From positions 764-64,763 of the forward strand of contig JANRJB010000112.1 of NCBI GenBank assembly GCA_033764265.1: a DNA stretch of 64,000 bases, read 5' to 3'. The position numbers and the translations under genes are program-made. The notes below the pieces were generated by a model that saw only the letters and a list, made by a program, of their open reading frames with translations, searched no databases and was not told the DNA's origin. This stretch comes from Rhodospirillaceae bacterium (GTDB taxonomy: Bacteria; Pseudomonadota; Alphaproteobacteria; Rhodospirillales; Rhodospirillaceae). Shown piece after piece: positions 54,250-62,418 of the stretch (the first letter of the stretch is position 1; each line of letters begins with the position of its first letter).

Positions 54250-54362
54250 CGGCCGGCACCGCGGCCCGCATCGGCCTGAAGCCCGGCGCGATGGTGCGCC
54301 ATGCGATGTTCGGGACCGACCCGGGCGCGCCGCCGCCCGCCACGCCTCCGAAACAACCTTAG
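54250..54362 (+). pseudogene. Direct repeat copy 2: orphaned 3' fragment of a DUF192 gene
   Basis: Reads ...AGTAARIGLKPGAMVRHAMFGTDPGAPPPATPPKQP-stop in the same frame as copy 1, but has no upstream coding sequence. Its TAG (54360-54362) overlaps the convergent O-methyltransferase stop. Confidence 0.8.
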
Positions 54363-55021
54363 CGTTTGCGCGCCAGCGTCAGTCCGTCGCCGATCGGCAC
54401 CAGGCTGACGGTCACGCGCTCGTCCTTGGCGATTTTCTCGTTCAGCGCGCGAATGGCTTTGGTGTCTTCTGTTTGATTGGTCGGATCGATCACGCTGCCC
54501 GACCACAGCACGTTGTCGATGGCGATCAGGCCGCCGCGGCGCACCAGGTTCAATGCGCCCTCGTAATAAGCACCGTAATCGTTCTTGTTGGCATCGATGA
54601 AAGCGAAATCGAACGTGCCGGACTGGCCTTCGGCGATCAGCTGTTCGATGGTCGCGGTGGCGGGCGCGAGCCGCAGGTCAATGCGGTCGGCCACGCCCGC
54701 CTTGGCCCAATGCCGCCGGGCGACGGCGGTGAACTCCTCGCTCACGTCCAATGCGATCACGCGGCCCTTTGGCCCCATCGCCTTGGCCGCGCACATCGCC
54801 GAGTAGCCGGTGAACACGCCCACTTCCAGGGTCTTCTGCGCCCCGATCAGTTCCAACAGCAGGATCAGGAACTGGCCCTGCTCGGAGGAAATCTGCATCA
54901 TCGCGCGCGGATGCTTGGCCGTTTCCTCGCGCAAGGCCCGCAAGTCGGCGTCCTCGCGCCCGCCGACACGACGCACGTAGTCGAGCAATTCGGCGCTCAG
55001 GCCCAGCGTTTCACGCGACAT
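54359..55021 (-). CDS. Cation-dependent class I O-methyltransferase (caffeoyl-CoA OMT / Methyltransf_3 family)
   Basis: LEVGVFTGYSA (motif I), FDFAFIDANK and GGLIAIDNVLWSG are typical of family-3 OMTs. Confidence 0.85.
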   Translation of the reverse strand: MSRETLGLSAELLDYVRRVGGREDADLRALREETAKHPRAMMQISSEQGQFLILLLELIGAQKTLEVGVFTGYSAMCAAKAMGPKGRVIALDVSEEFTAVARRHWAKAGVADRIDLRLAPATATIEQLIAEGQSGTFDFAFIDANKNDYGAYYEGALNLVRRGGLIAIDNVLWSGSVIDPTNQTEDTKAIRALNEKIAKDERVTVSLVPIGDGLTLARKR

Positions 55022-55040
55022 TTCAAACCTTTTGACCTAA

Positions 55041-55943
55041 TCAAGCATCCAGGAACGCGCGGATTTCGACGGCCACCCGGTCGGGCGCGACGATGAAACC
55101 GAACATCGGCAGATCGAGCATTTCCACCAGCGATGCGCCGGGGATGACCTTGGCCGCGTCGCGCGTCGGCTGTGTCATCATCTCGTTGAATGCGATCAGC
55201 CGCACCGGCATGGTCAGCTTGGGCAAGGCCGCGCCGGTGTCGTACGTGAACACCGCGTCCGCGCCCCAGGCGCCGTCGGGCCCGGCGCGCATACGGTCGG
55301 CGAAACGCGCCAGCCGGCGTTCGATCGGGCCGGCGTCCTGGCCGTCAAGCACCAGGCGCCTGTACAGGCTGGGCACGTACTCGCGCTCCTCGAAGAACGG
55401 ATAGCCCTTGACGTTCTGAGCGCGCTGCTTGGCGCGTTCCTCGGGTGTGTAATGCGGCACGCCCGACAGCACGATTCGGCGAATCAACGGCGGGCGGCTG
55501 AGGGCTGTCGCCACCGCGACCAACGATCCGGTGTGGAAGCCGAACAGGTCGAGGGTGCCTTTGCCGCCAAGGCCATAACCCAGGTCGGAAAGCGCGTCGG
55601 CAACAGCGCCGCCGTAGTCGTCCATGGTCGGCTTGGCGGGCGGCGCGTCGGAGCCGCCGAAGCCCGGCGTGTCGACGCAATGCACGACGCGATCTGTGGC
55701 CAAGTACGGCACCATCTCGCGGTAGATGTCGCCCGAGGTCGGCGACGGATGAAAGCAGACCAACGGCGGGTGCTTGATCGCGGCGTCGTCCGCAGGGCCG
55801 GCCGAGAAAAAGTGCACCTGCCCGAAGCGGCCGTTGGCATAGTGCCGCCAGTGCTTGATCGGTGCCGGGTCGGCCGCGCGCGCTGCGGCCGGGGCCAGCA
55901 GCGCTGCGGCGAGGATCGTGCGGCGCTCGATCTCGGCGGTCAT
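55041..55943 (-). CDS. Exported alpha/beta-hydrolase-fold protein, non-canonical elbow G-F-H-T-G
   Basis: Tat-like leader MTAEIERRTILAAALLAPAAARAA. VCFHPSPTSG and LFGFHTGSLVA. Paralogue of 55946..56872 and 23086..23898. Confidence 0.75.
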   Translation of the reverse strand: MTAEIERRTILAAALLAPAAARAADPAPIKHWRHYANGRFGQVHFFSAGPADDAAIKHPPLVCFHPSPTSGDIYREMVPYLATDRVVHCVDTPGFGGSDAPPAKPTMDDYGGAVADALSDLGYGLGGKGTLDLFGFHTGSLVAVATALSRPPLIRRIVLSGVPHYTPEERAKQRAQNVKGYPFFEEREYVPSLYRRLVLDGQDAGPIERRLARFADRMRAGPDGAWGADAVFTYDTGAALPKLTMPVRLIAFNEMMTQPTRDAAKVIPGASLVEMLDLPMFGFIVAPDRVAVEIRAFLDA

Positions 55944-55945
55944 GA

Positions 55946-56872
55946 TCAGCCCTGGTCCAGGAACGGCCGCACTACCGCGGCGATGCGCTCGGGGGCGTTA
56001 TGCCAGGCCGCGCCGGTCAGGTCGGTCAGGTCCGCCGTGCCGGCATTGGGCATCAGCTTGGCGGCCTGGCGGGTCGGCTCGGCCAGGGTTTCATTGAGGA
56101 TCGGGCACAACACCGGCTGGTTGACTTTGGGCAAGGCGGCGTCGGCGTCGTAGCGGAACACCGCGTCAAAGCCCCACCACGAATTCGGGCCGGCGCGCAT
56201 GCGCTCGACAAACAGGTCGAATAGGCGCTGCTTGGTTTCGCCGTCGTTTCGATTGAACACTGTGTCCTTGTACAGTTGGCCGACATAGTCGGCGTCGGTG
56301 AAATAAGGCCGCGGCTGGGCGAACTGCTTGCGTTTGGCTTCGCGCTCGCCGGCCGGGTAGTAGGGGATGCCCGGCATCACCAGCCGGCGCACCAGATCGG
56401 GCCGACGGATGGCCAGCTCGACGATGACGTAATTGCCGGTGTGAAAACCCAACCAATCGACCGGACCGAGCCCGTCCGTGCCGTAACCCAGATTGTCCAT
56501 GGCGTCGGCCATCGCATCGGCCAGATCGGCGACATTCGGCTGTTTTTCGGGCGCGTCGGAGCCGCCATAGCCGGGCGTATCGGGGCACATCACCAGCCGA
56601 TCGGCAGCCATCACCATCTGAAATTCGCGGTAGTAATCGCCCGATGCGGGGCTTTGATGCAGGCAAACGAGCGGGATTTTCTCGCTGCCTTCGGGCGCGG
56701 CCGAGACCACGTGGATCTGGCCGTAGCGGCAGTCGGCGTAGTGCCGCCAGCGGGCGATCGCCGGCCTGTCTTGCGCCGTTGCGGCTCGCGTCGCGGCGAA
56801 TGTCGCGGCAACGCCGGTGATGAAAACCGATCGTCGATTCAGTCTTGCGTCGAGAAACATGACCCTCTCCAC
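55946..56872 (-). CDS. Exported alpha/beta-hydrolase-fold protein, non-canonical elbow G-F-H-T-G
   Basis: Tat-like leader ...LNRRSVFITGVAATFAATRAATAQ. VCLHQSPASG and WLGFHTGNYVI. Separated by 2 nt from the next paralogue. Confidence 0.75.
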   Translation of the reverse strand: MERVMFLDARLNRRSVFITGVAATFAATRAATAQDRPAIARWRHYADCRYGQIHVVSAAPEGSEKIPLVCLHQSPASGDYYREFQMVMAADRLVMCPDTPGYGGSDAPEKQPNVADLADAMADAMDNLGYGTDGLGPVDWLGFHTGNYVIVELAIRRPDLVRRLVMPGIPYYPAGEREAKRKQFAQPRPYFTDADYVGQLYKDTVFNRNDGETKQRLFDLFVERMRAGPNSWWGFDAVFRYDADAALPKVNQPVLCPILNETLAEPTRQAAKLMPNAGTADLTDLTGAAWHNAPERIAAVVRPFLDQG

Positions 56873-56928
56873 CGCCGTTGAGTCTGTGGCGACGAACGCG
56901 GCCGGTCAACGGACCTTGGGCGGATATG

Positions 56929-57696
56929 TCACGCCGCGCCCTTGGAAATGGACTCGGGCCGGCCCAGTCGGCCGGCGGCGATCCAGCCTTCGTAGAGGTT
57001 TAGATCGCTTTCCTGGTCCACTTCGCCCCAGGGCTCGCGATTGGGCACCGCGGTGATGGTCTCGCCGGCCGCCAGCAGCCGCCGCAACAGGCCGGTCATG
57101 TCGAGCCGGTCGAGTTCCGCCTCGGGCACCGTGGCCAGCAGGCGCTCGATGGCGCGCCAACCGTCGGGCGTGAATTTCAACAGCCCCATGTACTGCCCGC
57201 GCACCTGGTCGAGCGACTGGGGCCGCCCGCCGATGTCGCCCAGCCGGCCATCGGGATGGGCGGCGAAGGTCTCGGCGTCGGACAGCGGTTCTGCGAACCG
57301 CGCGCGCCAAAGGTCGAGCCAGCCGGCATCATAGGCCACGGCGATGTCGACGTCGGTCCGCATCAGGCTGACCACGATTTCCGGCCCGTAGAAGATGTCG
57401 CTGTAACTCACCAGTACCGGCCCCGCCTTGAGCCAGCGCGCGGCACGGGCCAGCGACCGCACCATGTTGGTCTCGGACCAGCGCGGGTTGTCGAAATAAG
57501 TCAAGCCGTGCCGCCGCAGCATGTCGCCGCGATAGCCGCCGACCACGCCGATCTCGTCGATCCCGGCCCGGTGCAGCGCGCCCAATTGCCAGGCGAGCAA
57601 TGGCTGGCCGCCGAGTTCGACCAGGCATTTGGGGCGGTCCTCGGTCAGCTGCTTGAGGCGGCTGCCGCGACCGGCGGCGAGGATGACGGCTTTCAC
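56929..57696 (-). CDS. LicC-like nucleotidyltransferase (NTP_transf_3; cytidylyltransferase-type)
   Basis: MKAVILAAGRGSRLKQLTEDRPKCLVELGGQPLL is the G-x-G-[ST]-R nucleotide-binding N-terminus of LicC/sugar-phosphate nucleotidyltransferases. Confidence 0.8.
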   Translation of the reverse strand: MKAVILAAGRGSRLKQLTEDRPKCLVELGGQPLLAWQLGALHRAGIDEIGVVGGYRGDMLRRHGLTYFDNPRWSETNMVRSLARAARWLKAGPVLVSYSDIFYGPEIVVSLMRTDVDIAVAYDAGWLDLWRARFAEPLSDAETFAAHPDGRLGDIGGRPQSLDQVRGQYMGLLKFTPDGWRAIERLLATVPEAELDRLDMTGLLRRLLAAGETITAVPNREPWGEVDQESDLNLYEGWIAAGRLGRPESISKGAA

Positions 57697-57706
57697 GCGA
57701 GAGGAC

Positions 57707-58312
57707 TCATGGATGAGGCACGAACAGATCGCGGATCACAGCAAGGTCGGACTCAGCGTACGACGGTTCACGCTCGGGATGCCACATGAGCCCGGTTAAA
57801 TTTTCGCGGTCGTGCTGAAAGCCCTCGACCGACCCATCCTCGGCCACAGCCCGGGGCAAGCAGCCCGGCGGCAATCGATCGACAGCCCAGTCATGATAGC
57901 TGTTGACCTCGGCCGTGCCGCCCGCGAGCTGCACCCGGTGCCGGGTGCCGGCATGGCCTCCGATGCGCCGCAGCGTGCCGCCCAGCAGATGAACCAGCAT
58001 TTGCATCCCCCGGCAAACCCCCAGCACGGGCACGCGATGGGTTCGCGCCCAGGCGACTATCGCCGCTTCCGCGGCATCGCGCTCCGGCGCATTGCCGCCA
58101 TAGGCGGCCAGATCGTTGCCGCCGGTCAGGATCAGTGCATCCGGGCGGCCGTGCGCCAGCAGCGCCACCGCGGACTCGGCGCAATTGGGCACGGGCAGGG
58201 GCAGGGCACCGCAAGCGGCCAGCAGCCCGATCCAACGCTGGTCGAGCGCGTCGCGGCGTTCGCCACGACGTTCGTCGATGTCCACCCGCTGGCTGAGCGC
58301 GACGAGATGCAT
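57707..58312 (-). CDS. Class I glutamine amidotransferase-like / peptidase C26 gamma-glutamyl hydrolase
   Basis: VLGVCRGMQML (nucleophile Cys) and GLMWHPE (His-Glu of the triad); 201 aa. Confidence 0.8.
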   Translation of the reverse strand: MHLVALSQRVDIDERRGERRDALDQRWIGLLAACGALPLPVPNCAESAVALLAHGRPDALILTGGNDLAAYGGNAPERDAAEAAIVAWARTHRVPVLGVCRGMQMLVHLLGGTLRRIGGHAGTRHRVQLAGGTAEVNSYHDWAVDRLPPGCLPRAVAEDGSVEGFQHDRENLTGLMWHPEREPSYAESDLAVIRDLFVPHP

Positions 58313-58339
58313 GACCGCCCGAGCGCGCCCAACCCGCCG

Positions 58340-59128
58340 TCAGCCGGGTTTGCGCGCGCACCACGCCCGGGTGCGATAGGTGACCGACAGCATGTCCAGG
58401 TCCTGGGTCTTGAAATCGACGTAGTCCATGAACGCGGCCCACTTTTCGGGGCCCAGTTGGGTGCGCACGTCGCTGACCGAACGCCACAGGCCCAGGTAAC
58501 GGGCGCGGCTTTGCTCCTCGGTGTGTTGGCCGTCCAGCGTGACGACCTCACCGAAGCCACCGTGGCGGCGCAGCCGGTCGGCCAGGGTCTGGGTGAACGG
58601 CGCATTGCCCGATGAGACCCGCACGAAGCCGGGCTTGAGCTGCGCGATGTGATCCTCGATGTCGCGGAACAGGCCGGTCTCGCCGATCACGCGGGGGTTC
58701 CACAGGGCGGCGAACCAACCGCCGGGCTTCAGCACGCGCAGGAATTCCGCGGTCGCGCGGTCGAAATCGGCCCAGTGGAACGACGAAGCCATGGTGACCA
58801 GATCGACGGACTGATCGGGCAGGCCGGTGTCCTCGGCGCTGCCGTCTCGGATGTCGATGCCGAGGCCGTGGCAGTCCATCACCGCGCAGCGCCGCATGGC
58901 GGCGTTGGGCTCCACGGCGATGACGCGGCCGACGCGGCCGGCCAGCATGCGGGTCCAGATGCCGGTTCCGGCGCCGACGTCGGCGGCGGTCAGCGACCCG
59001 GCCGGCCGGCCGAACAACGCGAGCAGGCTGTCGCGCACGTCGGGGGCGTAGCCCGGGCGATTGGCCGAATACGCCTCGGCCAGCGGCGTAAAATCGCCGG
59101 GGCGGAGTACGGCGGCGGCTTCGGTCAT
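58340..59128 (-). CDS. Class I SAM-dependent methyltransferase (Methyltransf_11-like)
   Basis: ADVGAGTGIWTRMLA (motif I), VIAVEPNAAM and LKPGGWFAAL. Confidence 0.8.
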   Translation of the reverse strand: MTEAAAVLRPGDFTPLAEAYSANRPGYAPDVRDSLLALFGRPAGSLTAADVGAGTGIWTRMLAGRVGRVIAVEPNAAMRRCAVMDCHGLGIDIRDGSAEDTGLPDQSVDLVTMASSFHWADFDRATAEFLRVLKPGGWFAALWNPRVIGETGLFRDIEDHIAQLKPGFVRVSSGNAPFTQTLADRLRRHGGFGEVVTLDGQHTEEQSRARYLGLWRSVSDVRTQLGPEKWAAFMDYVDFKTQDLDMLSVTYRTRAWCARKPG

Positions 59129-59195
59129 GAACGTCCCCTGTCGCGGTCGGCGTCGAGTATAGGAACCCCGGATTGCTTCGCGAAGCCGGAACAGT

Positions 59196-59765
59196 TCAGG
59201 CGAAGAACTTCTCCACGATCAACCGCGCGGCGGCCTCGGGCTTGATGTCGCCATGGTGATCGATGATCAGGTCGGGCTGGATCGGCTCCTCGGCGGCGAA
59301 ATCCAGGCCCGCGACCGGCCCGTCCTTGGCCTCGCCCGGGCCGTAGAGTCCCTTCTGGTTGCGCTGTTTCAGCACCGCCAGCGGCACCCGCAGGTAGATT
59401 TCGACATAGCCCGGGATGTGCGTGCGGTTCCACGCCTGCACCTCGTGAAACATCGAGATGGTGGCGCAGATGACCACGCAGCCCTGTTCGGCCAGTTCGC
59501 GGCACAGCCGGGCGTACCGGTAGGCAAGCTGCCTGCGGCTGTCGGGATCGTAGCGGGCCGGGCCGCCGAAAATGGCCCGCAGACGGTCGCCGTCGAGCAG
59601 GATCGCGGCCATGCCAAGGTCCGCCAGCCGCGTCCGCAGGGCTCCGGCCACGCTCGACTTGCCGGCGCCGGCCAGGCCCGTAATCCAGAAGACCCGCCCG
59701 GCCAACGCCGAATTCACGATTGCCGGTGGCAGCGCTTGCTCCCGTTTGGCCAAGACCGTAAACAC
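59196..59765 (-). CDS. APS-kinase-fold (CysC-like) nucleotide 3'-kinase, divergent
   Basis: P-loop WITGLAGAGKSS and LDGD are present. The canonical CysC segment after LDGD (N.R.GL..DLGFS..DR) is replaced by RLRAIFGGPARYDPDSR. Confidence 0.75.
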   Translation of the reverse strand: MFTVLAKREQALPPAIVNSALAGRVFWITGLAGAGKSSVAGALRTRLADLGMAAILLDGDRLRAIFGGPARYDPDSRRQLAYRYARLCRELAEQGCVVICATISMFHEVQAWNRTHIPGYVEIYLRVPLAVLKQRNQKGLYGPGEAKDGPVAGLDFAAEEPIQPDLIIDHHGDIKPEAAARLIVEKFFA

Positions 59766-59790
59766 CTTATCCTGAAGCGGGGTGCCGCGT

Positions 59791-59867
<77 letters not shown>

Positions 59868-59949
59868 ATCATTCATATTTCTTATCAATCGATTGCGCTA
59901 TCATCAAGAGAGTTCACTGGAACCGCGGAGGCAACCCTTGGGCAACAGT

Positions 59950-60237
59950 GTGCGGATTCTGCGGCCGGCCAAAACGGCGATGCAGTCAGGCCTGCGCAAC
60001 ACCCGGCGCTGGCTGCTCGAGCACGACCCCGGCGACCGTGTCCAGGCCGATGGGCTGATGGGCTGGGCCGGCTCGCACGATACCGAGCGCCAGTTGCGCC
60101 TTTGGTTCGACACCAAGGACGAAGCGATCGCCTTCGCTGAACGCAAAGGACTTACGTACCGGGTGATCGAGCCGCACGCCAAGGCCATTCGCCCGAAAGC
60201 CTACGCCGATAACTTCGCTTTCAGACGGGTGAGCTAG
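59950..60237 (+). CDS. ETC complex I subunit conserved-region protein (NDUFS4-like)
   Basis: VRILRPAKTAMQSG...W.LEH......DGLMGWAGSHDTERQLRLWFDTKDEAIAFAERKGLTYRV...KAYADNF matches the bacterial NDUFS4-like family. GTG start at 59950 (TTG 59938 is the alternative) within ORF 59782..60237. Confidence 0.75.
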   Translation: MRILRPAKTAMQSGLRNTRRWLLEHDPGDRVQADGLMGWAGSHDTERQLRLWFDTKDEAIAFAERKGLTYRVIEPHAKAIRPKAYADNFAFRRVS

Positions 60238-60253
60238 ACGTCGTCCCGGATTG

Positions 60254-60331
60254 GCGCCCGTAGCTCAGCTGGATTAGAGCAGCCGCCTTCTAAGCGGCAG
60301 GTCGCAGGTTCGAGTCCTGCCGGGCGCGCCA
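60254..60331 (+). tRNA. tRNA-Arg (anticodon UCU), CCA encoded
   Basis: Hand-folded: acceptor GCGCCCG/CGGGCGC, D stem GCTC/GAGC (10-nt loop), anticodon stem GCCGC/GCGGC with loop CTTCTAA, T arm GCAGG-TTCGAGT-CCTGC; 78 nt. Confidence 0.9.
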
Positions 60332-60342
60332 TCCGCCACATG

Positions 60343-61137
60343 CTAGAAACTGAGTCCGACACCAAGTCCGACTGAAAATTGGTCGGCGTCGCCGCCCTTT
60401 TTGACGATTGGACTTTTCGCGGCATCGCCAAGAAGCCGTCGATAATCGGAGAAGCCGTTGACCGACCAGTTCGCGCCGATCGCGTAAGTCCATCCAAAGG
60501 TAAAGCCCGCATCCTTTACGCCGCCTGCGGCGGTGAACGAGCTGAGGCCGCTTTTTGCCGCATCGTTCTGCGACACCGAGAAATAGGTTTGGGCATACTT
60601 GTCCGACACGATCCCGAAAGAGACCTTATAGCTGACAGTTATGCGGTCGCTCATCTCGTGGCTGTAGCTCATGGACGGTATGAGCATCCAGCCGTCGTAG
60701 ACATCGCTGACGTCCTTTGTGAGTTGAACCGCCGCGCTGATGGTGTCGTTGGCCGCTGCAATTCCACTCCAGTTGCGGGCGACGAAAAAGCCGGCATGCA
60801 CGGCATCATCAATTTCCGGCAGGAGCGCGACGGCTGAATTCTTGACACTCCCGTTTCGTCCGAAGATGAAGGCAACAGCCGGTCCAGCCTCCCAGGTGCG
60901 GGACGCGATCAGGTTTGCCTGCGCCGTCAAACCATCAAGCGCCAGATATCGCTTGCCGAAGCTGACTCGCGCCGCAATAAATGGGATCGTCTGTCGGTCG
61001 GTTGCGCCTTCGTATTCCGGCGTCGCGCCCAGCCCGGCGATAAAGTAGCTCTGCGCACGCGCATCCCCGCCATGGGTGAACGCAAGAGCCAAGGTGGCGA
61101 TGGCCGGCAAGTACACATGATGTGTCGCGATTTTCAA
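60343..61137 (-). CDS. MipA/OmpV-family outer-membrane beta-barrel protein
   Basis: Signal peptide with ...GGDARAQ cleavage region, alternating-hydrophobic beta strands and a terminal ...VGLGVGLSF aromatic residue. PEYEGA near the N-terminus is typical of MipA. Confidence 0.7.
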   Translation of the reverse strand: MKIATHHVYLPAIATLALAFTHGGDARAQSYFIAGLGATPEYEGATDRQTIPFIAARVSFGKRYLALDGLTAQANLIASRTWEAGPAVAFIFGRNGSVKNSAVALLPEIDDAVHAGFFVARNWSGIAAANDTISAAVQLTKDVSDVYDGWMLIPSMSYSHEMSDRITVSYKVSFGIVSDKYAQTYFSVSQNDAAKSGLSSFTAAGGVKDAGFTFGWTYAIGANWSVNGFSDYRRLLGDAAKSPIVKKGGDADQFSVGLGVGLSF

Positions 61138-61148
61138 GATTGACTCTC

Positions 61149-61283
61149 CTAGACGATGCGGAAAAGCGGTAGCGCGAGGCCGACAACTGCGAACACGACC
61201 AAGAGCTCTGAGAACAGCGGAAGAAAACTGGCGATGACAGCCGCGGCCATGCAGACGCCCGGCTTAGGCGGTATGCTTCTCAT
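61149..61283 (-). CDS. Candidate 44-aa hydrophobic micro-protein, translationally coupled (ATGA) to the upstream lipoprotein gene
   Basis: Below the track's size cut-off. Encodes MRSIPPKPGVCMAAAVIASFLPLFSELLVVFAVVGLALPLFRIV. Its ATG (CAT 61281-61283) overlaps the TGA of 61280..61684. Confidence 0.4.
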   Translation of the reverse strand: MRSIPPKPGVCMAAAVIASFLPLFSELLVVFAVVGLALPLFRIV

Positions 61284-61684
61284 GGACTGTCAGCGCAATT
61301 CAGCAGCGGCTGGAGGCGTCCAAGTTCCAAATCACGGCGCCAACGAGCGTTCACGCCGGGCGCGAGCAGCAACTCGGCTGTCGAGCCGCCGTCAGCGGCC
61401 GGCCGGAACATAATTTCTTCAAACGTAAAGCCGAACGGCCGCAGGCGATAAAGCGTGCTGTCGACATCATCGCCAGGAATGAATTCCGTAGTAGGCAGGA
61501 GAATTGCGTTCTCGCGAAAACAGGCGATGAGATTTTCCGTCGACCGAACGCTCATTATCACCGTCCGTTCGGCAACCTCCCGAAATCGAATCGGATCACG
61601 AATTCCGCTTTCTTTCGCGGCGCAAGCCGTCAGAAAGAGCGCGGTCATCAACAGCATCGGTGGCATGAGGCGCATGCGAGCAGC
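61280..61684 (-). CDS. Lipoprotein of unknown function
   Basis: Start MRLMPPMLLMTALFLTACAAKE (lipobox; CAT 61682-61684) within ORF 61280..61759. Confidence 0.6.
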   Translation of the reverse strand, partial: AARMRLMPPMLLMTALFLTACAAKESGIRDPIRFREVAERTVIMSVRSTENLIACFRENAILLPTTEFIPGDDVDSTLYRLRPFGFTFEEIMFRPAADGGSTAELLLAPGVNARWRRDLELGRLQPLLNCADSP

Positions 61685-61707
61685 CTTTGTCCTGTGAGCG
61701 ATGGGAA

Positions 61708-62418
61708 CTACTGCTGAAGGGGTTGGCGCATGAGGGCGACGCCGGTGGCGATCAGCCAAATCGTCAGGCCACCAAAACCCGCAATTGTGAAGAATGAGAA
61801 AGGCTCGCCCGAAGTTCCGACCGCGAGCGCCAATCCCTCACCAGTGCCAATGGTGATCGCGAAAGCGGTCAACATGCCCGTGGCGCCGATGATTGGCTTT
61901 CGCTCGCCGATTTGCAGTGCCGCGACAAGTGCGACAAAGCCCGCGGTCAACAACTGGCCAAGGTGCTCTCCGATCGCGACGCCGCCATAGGCGTTGAGAA
62001 TGCTGAATGCGCGGTCGGCGGCTTCACGCAACTCGCTCGGATCGGCCGACCCGGCGTAGGCTTCGGCAATCGACGGAACAACGAACACCCATCGAAATAG
62101 CCCGATCGCTTGAGTCAAGCCGGCCAGACTGCCAAGGACTGCCGCGCCGATCGCCATGGCTGGGCGCGAGGCCAGGCGCTCGGTCGAGATCGAAAGGGCG
62201 ATTGAAAGCGGAACCAACGCGAGCGCCGCGATTCCGAATCCGTACCAAGTCCAAATCAATCCTGCGCCACCAGAATAAAACGCCGCGAGTGCCTCTCCGG
62301 CCGGTTTTCTCAATATGTCAGGATAGTCATATGTGGCCGCCAGAATGGCGTAGGGAACATTGAAGGCAATTGCCAAGATGACGGCGCCGGCACCGGCGAT
62401 CGGACGTGAGTCAGACAT
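61708..62418 (-). CDS. DUF4386-like integral membrane protein
   Basis: 236 aa with 6 hydrophobic segments. 8-nt overlap with the upstream cupin gene. Confidence 0.65.
   Translation of the reverse strand: MSDSRPIAGAGAVILAIAFNVPYAILAATYDYPDILRKPAGEALAAFYSGGAGLIWTWYGFGIAALALVPLSIALSISTERLASRPAMAIGAAVLGSLAGLTQAIGLFRWVFVVPSIAEAYAGSADPSELREAADRAFSILNAYGGVAIGEHLGQLLTAGFVALVAALQIGERKPIIGATGMLTAFAITIGTGEGLALAVGTSGEPFSFFTIAGFGGLTIWLIATGVALMRQPLQQ

Noticed and set aside
54233-55096. 287-aa plus-strand ORF beginning in repeat copy 2
   Set aside because: It is antisense to the O-methyltransferase, which has clear SAM-binding motifs. The frame within the repeat differs from the DUF192 frame.
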